DNA from: Anaeromyxobacteraceae bacterium
GTDB taxonomy: Bacteria; Myxococcota; Myxococcia; Myxococcales; Anaeromyxobacteraceae
DNA: 64,000 nt
Assembly: GCA_032654565.1 (NCBI GenBank)
Contig: JAULAX010000009.1
Location: 256,001-320,000, forward strand
Direction of reading: 5' to 3'
Below are positions 8,096-20,396 of the stretch, one piece after another. The notes below the pieces were generated by a model. The model was not told where the DNA came from, made no database searches, and was given only the letters and a program-made list of their open reading frames with translations. Position numbers and translations under genes: made by a program. The stretch's first letter is position 1. Every line of letters starts with the position of its first letter.

Positions 8096-8691
8096 ACCCG
8101 AGCACCGCCGCCGCCGCGGCGCTCGCCCTGGTGAGCGCCACCGGGTGTGTCTCGCTGGGCGGACGCTCCCGGACGTTCGACGAGAGCCGACTCGACCACG
8201 CCGAGGGGTGGACGGTCGCCGCGTCCACCCCGGCGGTGCTGCAGGTGGGCTCGAAGGACTGCGGCGCGGCGGCGCTGGCGATGGTGGCGGGGAGGTGGCG
8301 CGTGCCGCTCTCCCTGGAGGGGGCCACCACCGCCCTCGACGGGATCGCCGCGGCGACCCCCGGCTCGCGGGCGGAGGGCGCCCGGCTCGGCGACCTCCGG
8401 GACGTGGCGCGGGCCCACGGGCTGACCGCCTACGCGGTCAAGGGGGATCGCGACATGCTGCTCTACGAGCTGCGCACCGGCCGCCCGGTGGTGGTCGGGG
8501 TCCTCATCCCGCACTCCCTGGGGCGGGCGCGCAGCCACTACGAGGTGGTGGTGGCCATGAACGCCGTCGACGACCAGTACGTGACCATCGATCCCGCCCG
8601 CGGCTGGCGGGTCCGCAGCTGGACGGAGCTCGACGCCGAGTGGCTCCCCGCGGGCCGGCCGGCGCTGGTGGTGACCGGCATCACCCAATGA
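8092..8691 (+). CDS. Stand-alone C39-like cysteine peptidase, probable lipoprotein
   Basis: GTGA overlap with upstream gene; lipobox-like ATGC; QVGSKDCGAAALAMV (Gln/Cys), SHYEVVV (His), TIDPARG (Asp). Confidence 0.8.
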   Translation: MNPSTAAAAALALVSATGCVSLGGRSRTFDESRLDHAEGWTVAASTPAVLQVGSKDCGAAALAMVAGRWRVPLSLEGATTALDGIAAATPGSRAEGARLGDLRDVARAHGLTAYAVKGDRDMLLYELRTGRPVVVGVLIPHSLGRARSHYEVVVAMNAVDDQYVTIDPARGWRVRSWTELDAEWLPAGRPALVVTGITQ

Positions 8692-8911
8692 CGTCCCCCC
8701 GCCACCCCGGAGGTCACGCTTTTCCGGGTCGGCTATCTATTGGGACCCAAAGGGAACAGGGTGAAGCCATCGGTCCCGGCGCGGCGGGACCATCGAAGTC
8801 CCCGCCGCCTCGCCGAGCCGACCTGTCCGGAGCCGCCCGGTCCATCGCCGGCCCCGACCCGGGGACGTCGATGACGGGGGCCGCCAGGAGCACCAGGGAG
8901 CCGCTGCGCAC

Positions 8912-9823
8912 ATGATCAGCAAGTCCGACATCCTCCGCGGCAAGATCCTCATCGTCGACGATCTGCCGGCCAACGTCCTGCTGCTCGAGCAGACGCTGCG
9001 CGGGGCCGGCTACCTCTCGGTCACCTCCACCATGGAGTCGGGGAAGGTCTGCGAGCTCCACCTCCTGAACCGCTACGACCTGATCCTGCTCGACCTGCAG
9101 ATGCCCGGCATGGACGGGTTCCAGGTGATGGAGAACCTCAAGGAGATCGAGACCAGCGGCTACCTCCCGGTCCTGGTGGTGACGGCGCTGCCGGGCCACA
9201 AGCTCCGCGCCCTGCGCTCCGGGGCCAGGGACTTCGTCAGCAAGCCGCTCGACCTCGCCGAGGTGCTGATCCGCGTCCACAACATGCTGGAGGTGCGCCT
9301 GCTGCACCTGGAGTCGAGCCGGCTCTACCAGCGGGTCCTGGCCGAGCAGGAGGTGTCGAAGCGGCTCCTGCTCGACACCCTGCCCCGCTCCATCGCCGCC
9401 AGCATGAAGCGCCACCCCGGGGCCGCCGACGACGCCCCGACCGAGCTGGTCACCGGGAGCTACGCCGAGGTGACGGTGCTGTTCTCCGACATCCTCGCCT
9501 TCACCCGGTTCGCCGAGGGGGCCAGCGCCCAGGTGCTGACCGGCGTCCTCGACGGCCTCTCGACCCGCTTCGACGCCCTCGAAGGCCACGCCGCCTTCGA
9601 CCGGACCAGGACCATCGGCGAGGCCTACCTGGCCGCCCTGGGGCTCACCGACAAGGTCACCGCCCGCTCCATCCAGGCCTCGGAGAAGGCGATCGAGCTG
9701 GTCGAGGCCCTGGACCGCTTCAATGGTCACAGCCGCTACCAGCTGAAGATGCGCATCGGCCTCGACGGCGGCGGGAAGAAGGCCCGCAAGGGCGCCGCGC
9801 CCGGCTCCCGGCACGACGTCTGA
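8912..9823 (+). CDS. Response regulator receiver fused to a degenerate, truncated class III nucleotide cyclase domain
   Basis: ILIVDD, LLDLQMP, FVSKP; then VTVLFSDILAFT, RTIGEAY, MRIGL, stop shortly after. Confidence 0.8.
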   Translation: MISKSDILRGKILIVDDLPANVLLLEQTLRGAGYLSVTSTMESGKVCELHLLNRYDLILLDLQMPGMDGFQVMENLKEIETSGYLPVLVVTALPGHKLRALRSGARDFVSKPLDLAEVLIRVHNMLEVRLLHLESSRLYQRVLAEQEVSKRLLLDTLPRSIAASMKRHPGAADDAPTELVTGSYAEVTVLFSDILAFTRFAEGASAQVLTGVLDGLSTRFDALEGHAAFDRTRTIGEAYLAALGLTDKVTARSIQASEKAIELVEALDRFNGHSRYQLKMRIGLDGGGKKARKGAAPGSRHDV

Positions 9824-9859
9824 GGCGCTGGGCCGGGTGGCCGGTTAAGGTAGGGGGCG

Positions 9860-10960
<1,101 letters not shown>

Positions 10961-11043
10961 AGCGGCCCTTCCCCAGGCCTTGGGGGGGCCGCCACGGCTC
11001 GACGCTGCTCGGCCGGCCCTGGCCGTGACCCCGCGCGGCGACC

Positions 11044-12861
11044 TCACTCCCGCATCAGCGAGCGGATCACCTTCACCGGGGCGCTGCCGTAGGAGAGGAA
11101 GCGGTCGTGGAAGGCGCGCAGCCTGAAGGCCGGGCCGAGCCGCGCCCGCTCCTCGCCGCGCAGCACCAGGAGCTGCGTGAAGCCGTCGAAGTAGGTCATC
11201 AGCTGGGTCTGCGTGAGCGTGACCCGCTTCCACTTCTCGGTCGCCTCCGCCTCCGACTGGAAGGCCTCCCGCCGCAGCAGCTCGATGGCGCCGGCCCGGT
11301 CCAGGGTGCCGGCGTGCACCTCGCGGTCGAGGATGGTGTTGACCGCCACCCGCAGCTCCATCTTCAGCTCCATGAGCCAGAGCTCCGGCGCGTTGTCGCC
11401 CCAGCCGGCCTCCAGCATCATCCGCTGGGCGTAGACCGCCCACCCCTCCACCATGGCGCCGCTCCCGAAGGCGGTCTTGACCACGCTGGGGTTCCGGTTG
11501 CTGTGGATGGCCTGCACGTAGTGCCCCGGCACCGCCTCGTGGATGTCGAGGATCTGCAGCATCCAGTCGTTGTACTCCCGCAGGAACGACTCGGCGTCCC
11601 CGGCCGCCGGCGTGGTGACGTTGTAGTAGGAGCGCACCCCCGGGTCGTAGGGACCGGGCGCGTCGAGCCCGGCGCCCGCCACGCCGCGCTGGTAGGCCGG
11701 GGTCTCGCGGACCGTGAGCGGCTTGGTGGGATCCTGGTCCACCAGGTCACGCTCGCGCACGAAGACCTCCAGCGCCGCGACCTCGCCGCGGACCTTGGTC
11801 AGGAGCTGGTCCGGCGCCACGTGGTGCCGACCGAGCGCCTCGATGACCGCCCCGATGAGCTGGAGCCGGTCCTGCGGCATGGGCTGGCCGGGCAGGTGCC
11901 TGGGCCAGAGGGTCCGGGCCAGCAGCTCCATCTGGTCCTGCAGGTTGGCCTTCTCGACCAGGGCGCGCCGGTAGAGCTGCTCGGCGGTGAGGATCGACTG
12001 GCCCTGGAGCGCGAACTTGCGATCGTGGAGCGCCCTGCCGATGCGGAAGGAGCGGGCTCCACCCGTGGCCAGCCGCCCCTCCAGGGCCTTGAGGTAGGCC
12101 AGGTGGCCCTCGATGGCGCGGCGAGCCTCCAGCACCCGGACGCGGAGGGTGGCCTTCTCGTCGGCCTCCAGCGGGGCGCCGTCCACCCTGGCGAGCAGGT
12201 CGTCGCCGAAGACCCCCAGGGCGCCCGTGTTCTGCAGGATCGCCAGCTGGGTGTGCTCCAGCGTGGGGGTCTCCAGGCTGGCCCGCGCCGCCGCGTAGTA
12301 GGCCGGCACCAGGACCAGGCGGGCCGAGACGTCACGGAGGCGCTGGGGGAGCGGGGCGTACTCGACGTCGAGCATGCGGGCGAACCCGTCGCCCACGTTG
12401 TACTGGGAGGGCTGCCAGGCCCACTCCCTGAAGGTCTGGAGGGACCAGCGCTCGCTCTCGAGCTGCGTGCGCAGCAGCTCGAGGTCGACGCGGTGGGAGG
12501 TGTCGAGCCGCTTCGGCGAGAAGGTGGCCAGCGTCCGGAGCGAGCGATCGTGGAAGGCCGCCAGCGACCTCCGCCAGGCGGCGTCCGGCGCCGGCAGGGT
12601 GGCGGCGTACTTGTAATAGCCGAGCGCGAAGGCCCACTCGGGGTTGAGCTTCCAGTAGGCGTCCAGCGTCTCGCCGACGAAGCGGGCGAAGCGCTGGTCC
12701 TCCGCCGAGGCGGTGGGGGGCGTCGCGGTCGCCGGGGCGGCGACGGGCGCGGCGACGGGCGCGGCGGGGGAGGCGACGGCGGGGGCGGCCACCGGCGCAG
12801 CGGGCGCGGCGGGCGCGGCGAGGAGCGTGGCGGCGACGAGCAACGGCGCGAGGGCGGTCAT
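11044..12861 (-). CDS. DUF885-family exported protein (metallopeptidase-like)
   Basis: HEAVPGHYVQ, EGWAVYA, FHDRFLSYGSAP; signal peptide from MTALAPLL (ATG at 12861). Confidence 0.85.
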   Translation of the reverse strand: MTALAPLLVAATLLAAPAAPAAPVAAPAVASPAAPVAAPVAAPATATPPTASAEDQRFARFVGETLDAYWKLNPEWAFALGYYKYAATLPAPDAAWRRSLAAFHDRSLRTLATFSPKRLDTSHRVDLELLRTQLESERWSLQTFREWAWQPSQYNVGDGFARMLDVEYAPLPQRLRDVSARLVLVPAYYAAARASLETPTLEHTQLAILQNTGALGVFGDDLLARVDGAPLEADEKATLRVRVLEARRAIEGHLAYLKALEGRLATGGARSFRIGRALHDRKFALQGQSILTAEQLYRRALVEKANLQDQMELLARTLWPRHLPGQPMPQDRLQLIGAVIEALGRHHVAPDQLLTKVRGEVAALEVFVRERDLVDQDPTKPLTVRETPAYQRGVAGAGLDAPGPYDPGVRSYYNVTTPAAGDAESFLREYNDWMLQILDIHEAVPGHYVQAIHSNRNPSVVKTAFGSGAMVEGWAVYAQRMMLEAGWGDNAPELWLMELKMELRVAVNTILDREVHAGTLDRAGAIELLRREAFQSEAEATEKWKRVTLTQTQLMTYFDGFTQLLVLRGEERARLGPAFRLRAFHDRFLSYGSAPVKVIRSLMRE

Positions 12862-12885
12862 GGGACCCCTTGGACGTGTGGTGGA

Positions 12886-12923
12886 AACGAAAAACCCCGC
12901 CAACGGGACGAGCGCTGGCGGGG
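12886..12923 (-). terminator. Intrinsic terminator downstream of tRNA-Glu
   Basis: Minus strand CCCCGCCAGCG-loop-CGTTGGCGGGG followed by TTTTTCGTTT. Confidence 0.85.
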
Positions 12924-12927
12924 ATGA

Positions 12928-13002
12928 TGGTGACCCCTACGGGAATTGAACCCATGTCTTCGCCGTGAGAGGGCGACGTCCTAACCGCTAGACTAAGGGG
13001 CC
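12928..13002 (-). tRNA. tRNA-Glu (anticodon CTC)
   Basis: GGCCCCTTAGTCTAGCGGTTAGGACGTCGCCCTCTCACGGCGAAGACATGGGTTCAATTCCCGTAGGGGTCACCA; cloverleaf with encoded CCA. Confidence 0.97.
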
Positions 13003-13015
13003 GGGAAGCCGGCCT

Positions 13016-13044
13016 TCTGTACCCTCTCGCGTTGCGGCAGTCAA
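13016..13044 (-). promoter_or_regulatory. Putative sigma70-type promoter for tRNA-Glu
   Basis: TTGACT-N17-TACAGA. Confidence 0.5.
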
Positions 13045-13071
13045 CGCTCCAGGGTGGTTTCCAGCGTGAAG

Positions 13072-13142
13072 CTGGGGGACAAGGATTCGAACCTTGATAG
13101 CCAGATCCAGAGACTGGCGTCCTGCCGTTAGACGATCCCCCA
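13072..13142 (-). tRNA. tRNA-Gln (anticodon CTG), CCA not encoded
   Basis: TGGGGGATCGTCTAACGGCAGGACGCCAGTCTCTGGATCTGGCTATCAAGGTTCGAATCCTTGTCCCCCAG. Confidence 0.95.
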
Positions 13143-13150
13143 AGAAGAGG

Positions 13151-13495
13151 TCATGACTTCGTTTTCACCAGGATGAAGAGGCGGGTCTCGCCCTTCAGCT
13201 CGTACAGGTTCAGCCCTTCCCAACTCCCCGGCTTGGCCTCCGGGTTCTCGATGTGCACGGCCTTCACGCCGGGCTGGTCGGCGATGGGCCGCCGGGGGTG
13301 CTTCCCCGGTGGCAGGGCGGTCCGGAAGTACCTGAGCGCCTCCTCGTACTTCCGGTCAACCTGGTACCGGTTCTCCCCGATGCGCCTCGCGTCGTCCGGG
13401 AGGGTCAGCCCGGCCACCTTCTCGGCCAGGGAAACGCCCGGAAACGCCACGAGGAGCGCGGCGAGAGCGGCCTTATATCGGGGGGCACCGGTCAT
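13151..13495 (-). CDS. Small exported hypothetical protein
   Basis: Signal-peptide-like N-terminus; protein-like composition; start uncertain (ATG 13495 or TTG 13501). Confidence 0.7.
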   Translation of the reverse strand: MTGAPRYKAALAALLVAFPGVSLAEKVAGLTLPDDARRIGENRYQVDRKYEEALRYFRTALPPGKHPRRPIADQPGVKAVHIENPEAKPGSWEGLNLYELKGETRLFILVKTKS

Positions 13496-13516
13496 GGTCA
13501 AGTGGCGCGCGCGCCC

Positions 13517-14068
13517 CTACCGCCACACCTCGTAGAGGCGCCCCTTGTGGCCGGGCTCGCGCAGCTTCAGCCCCGACCGCTTCACGGCGTCCCCGCACTT
13601 GGGGCCGATCCAGCAGCCCTTGGGGTTGCTGCGCCGCCAGCTCTTGCGGAAGAGCTGGTGGACCTCGTCGAAGATGGAGTTGAGCGCCCGCGGCTTGCCC
13701 TTCAGGTCCATGGTGGCCCCGGTCTGGATCAGCTCGGCCCAGATCCGCCCCCCCTCCAGCTCGCCGGCCTCGTTGAGCTGGCAGCGCTCGTAGTGGAAGA
13801 CCGGCGAGGGGATCTCCTCGATCTTGAGCATGCCGCGGTCGGGGCCGCGCTTGATGGGGTGGACCACCACCGGCGCCAGCCGCTCGAAGGCCAGGTAGTA
13901 GCTCCCCTGGTCGAGGTCGGCCACCAGCGCGGCGTCGGGGTCCACCACCAGCGGCTTCCAGTCGGGGGGGAAGAGGTCCGGGTAGAGGGTGACGTCGTGG
14001 CGGGCGAGCAGGCGGAAGAACGCCTTCTCGTCCTCGGGCACCATGAAGAAGTCGAGCTTGGAGGCCAT
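13517..14068 (-). CDS. Conserved-looking hypothetical protein
   Basis: Strong GC3 bias, balanced residue composition, co-oriented with neighbours. Confidence 0.8.
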   Translation of the reverse strand: MASKLDFFMVPEDEKAFFRLLARHDVTLYPDLFPPDWKPLVVDPDAALVADLDQGSYYLAFERLAPVVVHPIKRGPDRGMLKIEEIPSPVFHYERCQLNEAGELEGGRIWAELIQTGATMDLKGKPRALNSIFDEVHQLFRKSWRRSNPKGCWIGPKCGDAVKRSGLKLREPGHKGRLYEVWR

Positions 14069-14081
14069 CGGGGAACGGACT

Positions 14082-15218
14082 CTACACCGCCCGGCGGGCC
14101 AGCGCGTCGTACCCCTGGGCGATGCGGGTGGCCAGGATGAGCAGCTCGCCGAGATCGGAGGGGTCCACCAGCTCCCCGCGCCCGTTGTCGGCGTAGAGCA
14201 CGTTGACCACCCGCCCCAGCGCCAGGATGGGCACCACGAAGGCGCTCCTCGGCACCCCGCCGCCCAGCGCCTTGAGCAGCCGCATGTTCGACTCGGTCCT
14301 GGGCAGCGGCCCGAGGAAGTGGCTCTGGGTGGCCACCACCGTCGCCACCACCCCCTCGGAGGTGAAGGGCTGGCGGAGGCGCTGCACCGGCTCCACCTCC
14401 ACCCCCGGCCCCAGCCCCACCCAGCCGTGGATGCCGTCGCGCCGCACCGTGAGCAGCAGGGCCCGCTGGAAGCGGGAGCGGGCGTAGCGCAGCACGGTGC
14501 GGGCGATGGCGCCGCGCTCCGCCACCCCCTCGAGCAGCTTGACCGCCTCGTCGAAGCCGAGCGGCGAGGGCTCCACCTCGTCGGTCAGGTCGATGGGCGG
14601 CAGGTCGTCCGGGACCAGCGACAGCGGCGGCGGCCCCAGCGGCGACGGGAAGGGCGGCGGGGTGGGGATCCCGGTGAGGCCGACGTGGCCGTAGAGGGCG
14701 TGGAAGTCGTCCTCGCCGATCAGGTCGGGCCCGGAAGGGGCCCGCGGCGCCCGCGCCGCCACCGACCGCAGCGTCTCCAGGCCGCGCTCCTCGCGAAAGA
14801 GGCCGTAGGACCGGGCCAGCAGGCGCCAGAGCCGCGCCTCCGGCACCACGAAGGGGTGGAGCTTGCGGCCGGTGGCGAAGGCCACCTCGTCGAGCACCGC
14901 CACGTTGCCGGGGTCGGTGGTCAGCAGCACCAGCTTGCGGGGGGCGGCCCGCAGCGGCACCACCTCCCAGCGGTCGGCCTCGTCCGGGGTGAGCAGCTCC
15001 AGCGCCGCCAGCTCCGGCTGGAGGTCGCCGAAGAGCGCCGGCAGCCCGTGCCGGTCGCCCAGGGCGTGGGCCAGCCGCTCCTCGGTGAGGGCCCCGGCCT
15101 CCAGCAGGTTGGTGCCGAGCCGGGCGCCGAAGACGGCCTGGGCCCGCAGCGCCTCCTCCACGGCGGCGCGATCGCACTCGCCCCGCTCCACCAGCAGCTG
15201 CCCGAGGCGCGCCGCCAC
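14082..15218 (-). CDS. MshEN (T2SSE_N) domain protein, probable c-di-GMP receptor, no ATPase domain
   Basis: Tandem RLGQLLVERG...ALRAQ and RLGTNLLEAG motifs; GTG start at 15218 directly after the upstream stop. Confidence 0.8.
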   Translation of the reverse strand: MAARLGQLLVERGECDRAAVEEALRAQAVFGARLGTNLLEAGALTEERLAHALGDRHGLPALFGDLQPELAALELLTPDEADRWEVVPLRAAPRKLVLLTTDPGNVAVLDEVAFATGRKLHPFVVPEARLWRLLARSYGLFREERGLETLRSVAARAPRAPSGPDLIGEDDFHALYGHVGLTGIPTPPPFPSPLGPPPLSLVPDDLPPIDLTDEVEPSPLGFDEAVKLLEGVAERGAIARTVLRYARSRFQRALLLTVRRDGIHGWVGLGPGVEVEPVQRLRQPFTSEGVVATVVATQSHFLGPLPRTESNMRLLKALGGGVPRSAFVVPILALGRVVNVLYADNGRGELVDPSDLGELLILATRIAQGYDALARRAV

Positions 15219-15219
15219 C

Positions 15220-16635
15220 CTACCCCCGCCCCGGGCGCGTCTGCCGCGCCGGATCGAGCAGCCGATCCGCTTCACGCTTCGTCAACAGCCCCCGCTCCAC
15301 GGCCAGCTCCCGCACCGGCCGGCCGCTGGCCAGCGAGGCCTTGACCAGCTCGGCGGCCCCGGCGTAGCCGAGCCGCGGGGCCAGCGCCGTGGCCAGGCTG
15401 ACCGTCCGCTCGGCGTAGAAGCGGGCCCGCGCCGCGTCGGCGCCGAGGCCGCGGGCGCAGCGCCTGTCGAAGGCGGTCACCGCGGCGGCCAGGATCTGCA
15501 GCTGGTGGCAGAGGTCGAAGGCCACCAGCGGCATCATCACGTTCAGCTCCAGCTGGCCGGCGGCGGCGGCGGCGGCGATGGCGCCGTCCAGCCCCATCAC
15601 CTGGTAGCAGACCATGGCCAGCATCTCGGCCATCGAGGGGTTGACCTTGCCCGGCATGATCGACGAGCCGGGCTGGACCGCGGGCAGCCGGAGCTCGCCG
15701 AGGCCGGTGGCCGGGCCGCTGCCGAGCAGCCGCACGTCGCCGCCGATGCGGAGCAGCTCCACGGCGGCGCCGCGCAGGGCGCCGGAGAGGGCCACCATGG
15801 GGCCGAGCGACTGCATGGCCCCGGTGAGGCTGCGGGCCGGCGAGAGCGGCACGCCGGTCAGGCGCGACAGCTCAGCCACCACCAGCCCCTGGTAGCGCGG
15901 GTGGGCGTTGACGCCGGTGCCCACCGCGGTGCCGCCGATCCCCAGCAGCGACAGCTCCGGCAGGGCGTCGCGCACCCGCCCGGCGGCGAAATGGAGCGAG
16001 GCCGCCCAGCCCTCGACCTCCTGGCCGAGCCGGATGGGCGTGGCGTCCATCAGGTGGGTCCGCCCCGACTTGACGATCCCGTCCCAGGCGCGCGCCTTCT
16101 TCTCGAAGGTGGCGGAGAGGCCGAGGAGCGCCCCGATCACCTCCGGCGCCAGCTCCAGCGCCGCCAGCCGGATGGCGGTGGGGACCACGTCGTTGGTCGA
16201 CTGCGCCATGTTGACGTGGTCGTTGGGGTCGACGAGGGCGTGATCGCCGCGGCGCCCGCCCAGCAGCTCGGCGGCGCGGCCGGCCAGCACCTCGTTGACG
16301 TTCATGTGGTGCGAGGTGCCGGCGCCGGCCTGGTAGACGTCGACCACGAACTGCTCGCGCCAGCGCCCGCCCAGCACCTCGCGCCCGGCCGCCTCGATGG
16401 CCCGGGCCACCGGGCGGGGCAGCAGGCCGAGCCGGGCGTTGGCCCGCGCCGCGGCGATCTTGATCCGGACGGTGGCGTCGATGAAGGCCGGATGGGCGTG
16501 GAGCCCGGAGATGGGGAAGTTGGCGACCGCCCGGGCCGTCTGTGCACCCCAAAGGGCTGCGGCCGGGACGGGCAGCTCGCCCATGGTGTCCCGCTCGACG
16601 CGGGTCCGGATCGAAGGTCTCCCCCTTTTGGCCAT
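15220..16635 (-). CDS. Class II fumarate hydratase / aspartate ammonia-lyase
   Basis: WGAQTARAVANF, GTSHHMNVNEV, QSTNDVVPTA, KSGRTHLMDA, GSSIMPGKVNP; fumC versus aspA not resolved by eye. Confidence 0.93.
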   Translation of the reverse strand: MAKRGRPSIRTRVERDTMGELPVPAAALWGAQTARAVANFPISGLHAHPAFIDATVRIKIAAARANARLGLLPRPVARAIEAAGREVLGGRWREQFVVDVYQAGAGTSHHMNVNEVLAGRAAELLGGRRGDHALVDPNDHVNMAQSTNDVVPTAIRLAALELAPEVIGALLGLSATFEKKARAWDGIVKSGRTHLMDATPIRLGQEVEGWAASLHFAAGRVRDALPELSLLGIGGTAVGTGVNAHPRYQGLVVAELSRLTGVPLSPARSLTGAMQSLGPMVALSGALRGAAVELLRIGGDVRLLGSGPATGLGELRLPAVQPGSSIMPGKVNPSMAEMLAMVCYQVMGLDGAIAAAAAAGQLELNVMMPLVAFDLCHQLQILAAAVTAFDRRCARGLGADAARARFYAERTVSLATALAPRLGYAGAAELVKASLASGRPVRELAVERGLLTKREADRLLDPARQTRPGRG

Positions 16636-16682
16636 GTAGGGGGAGAGCCTAGCCCATTGCCCACTTGGGGCGCGAGGGGCCG

Positions 16683-16994
16683 CTACTCGACGGCGATCTC
16701 CTGGGCCCGGGCTGCGCCGTCGATCACGTACCAGACCCGCACCTTCTGGCCGGCGGCCAGCCGGGCTGGCGAGCCAACGGGCTGCCCGGCGGCGTCGAAG
16801 ACCTGCACCTCGGCGCCGGCCTTGAAAGTGACCACGCCGGCGACGCACTGGACCCGCAGCTCGGCCTTGACGGCGTCGTAGCCGAGCACGGCGCCGGCGT
16901 CGAACTTGGTCCGGTCGGTGACCTGGGCGAGGCGTGGCGCCGGGAACGGAAACGGGGCGACGGCGAGCAGCAGGGCGGCGAGCAGGGCGGTCAT
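16683..16994 (-). CDS. Small exported hypothetical protein (beta-rich)
   Basis: Signal peptide MTALLAALLLAVA; codon bias. Confidence 0.65.
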   Translation of the reverse strand: MTALLAALLLAVAPFPFPAPRLAQVTDRTKFDAGAVLGYDAVKAELRVQCVAGVVTFKAGAEVQVFDAAGQPVGSPARLAAGQKVRVWYVIDGAARAQEIAVE

Positions 16995-17144
16995 GTGCCG
17001 AGTATGGCGGTTCTGGCGCCGCTCGCCAACGGGCTGGTGGCTCCGTCCCGACGGGTCAGGCCGGGGGGCGCGAGCGGCGCCTCCCGGTGGAGCGGCCTGG
17101 GAGGGTGGGGCGCCGGGGCGGCGCAGCGGTTACAATGTGGGGTC

Positions 17145-17471
17145 ATGGCCGAGCGCAACCGTCCTGGGGGAGGAGCCGACACCGCGGCCCCCAAGACCCG
17201 CACCCGCAAGAAGGTGGCCCGGCCGCCGCTCTTCAAGGTCCTGTTGCACAACGACGATTTCACCACCCAGGAGTTCGTCGACTGGGTGCTGGTGACCGTC
17301 TTCCGGCACGACGCCGAGACGGCCCACCGCATCATGTTGAATGTTCATATGCACGGTGTCGGGGTGGCGGGTATCTATCCAAGAGAGATCGCCGAGCACA
17401 GGGCAGAGAAGGTGATGTCCCTGGCCCGGGAGGCGGAGTTCCCCCTCCTCTGTACGATCGAGCCGGAGTGA
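17145..17471 (+). CDS. clpS: ATP-dependent Clp protease adaptor ClpS
   Basis: FKVLLHNDDFTTQEFV...IMLNVHMHGVGVAGIYPREIAE...FPLLCTIEPE; ATG at 17145. Confidence 0.96.
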   Translation: MAERNRPGGGADTAAPKTRTRKKVARPPLFKVLLHNDDFTTQEFVDWVLVTVFRHDAETAHRIMLNVHMHGVGVAGIYPREIAEHRAEKVMSLAREAEFPLLCTIEPE

Positions 17472-17473
17472 CG

Positions 17474-19765
<2,292 letters not shown>

Positions 19766-19906
19766 GACGAGGACCTCCCCGGGCACATCCCGCCGCACCC
19801 ATCGTCCCGACCAGTCGGGGGGCCCCTTGTCGAGCCTCGCCGGCGGGGGCGACACTTTGCGGCGGCCGGTTCCGGGGCAGCCCCGGATGGCCCTCGGAGG
19901 ATTCGG

Positions 19907-20287
19907 GTGCCGATCGTCGTTTCCTACCTGGAGGCTGAGCAGGTCGTGGAGTGCACCTACTCCGGCGAGGTCGGCCCCGCCGAGCTGGCCCAGTCCATCC
20001 TGTCCGCGGTCGAGCTGGGCAGATCACGCGGGACCTTCAACGTCATCACCGATCTGACCGCGCTCGCCGCCGGCCCCTCGGTCGGCGACCTCTACGAGGT
20101 GCCCAGGCTGTTCGAGCGGCTGGGCCTGCCGCGCACCCTGCGCGAGGCCATCGTCGCCCCGGCGCTCTCGACGTTTGCCGCCGACGTCCAGTTCTACGAG
20201 GACGTCTGCAGCAACCGCGGCTGGATGGTCCGGGTCTTCCCCGACCGCACCGGCGCCCTGGCCTGGCTGGCCAAGGACCCGGCCTGA
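19907..20287 (+). CDS. Small hypothetical protein (STAS/SpoIIAA-like alpha/beta pattern)
   Basis: GGAGG SD; ends RVFPDRTGALAWL, typical of SpoIIAA-like proteins. Confidence 0.65.
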   Translation: MPIVVSYLEAEQVVECTYSGEVGPAELAQSILSAVELGRSRGTFNVITDLTALAAGPSVGDLYEVPRLFERLGLPRTLREAIVAPALSTFAADVQFYEDVCSNRGWMVRVFPDRTGALAWLAKDPA

Positions 20288-20335
20288 ACGAACCGGCGGC
20301 GACGAGCCGCTGACGCCCCGTCGGGGCCGCGATTC

Positions 20336-20364
20336 TGAGAGCCTTCTCATGGTGGCCCCATGAG
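20336..20364. promoter_or_regulatory. Candidate regulator-binding dyads upstream of the RND operon
   Basis: TGAGA-N4-TCTCA overlapping CTCATGG-N5-CCATGAG. Confidence 0.35.
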
Positions 20365-20396
20365 CCGCGCTTGAGGTCGACGCTAGAAGTGACGGC

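Noticed and set aside
12720..12830. GGCGCGGCG-type short repeats
   Set aside because: Encode the Ala/Pro linker of the DUF885 protein; not an independent element
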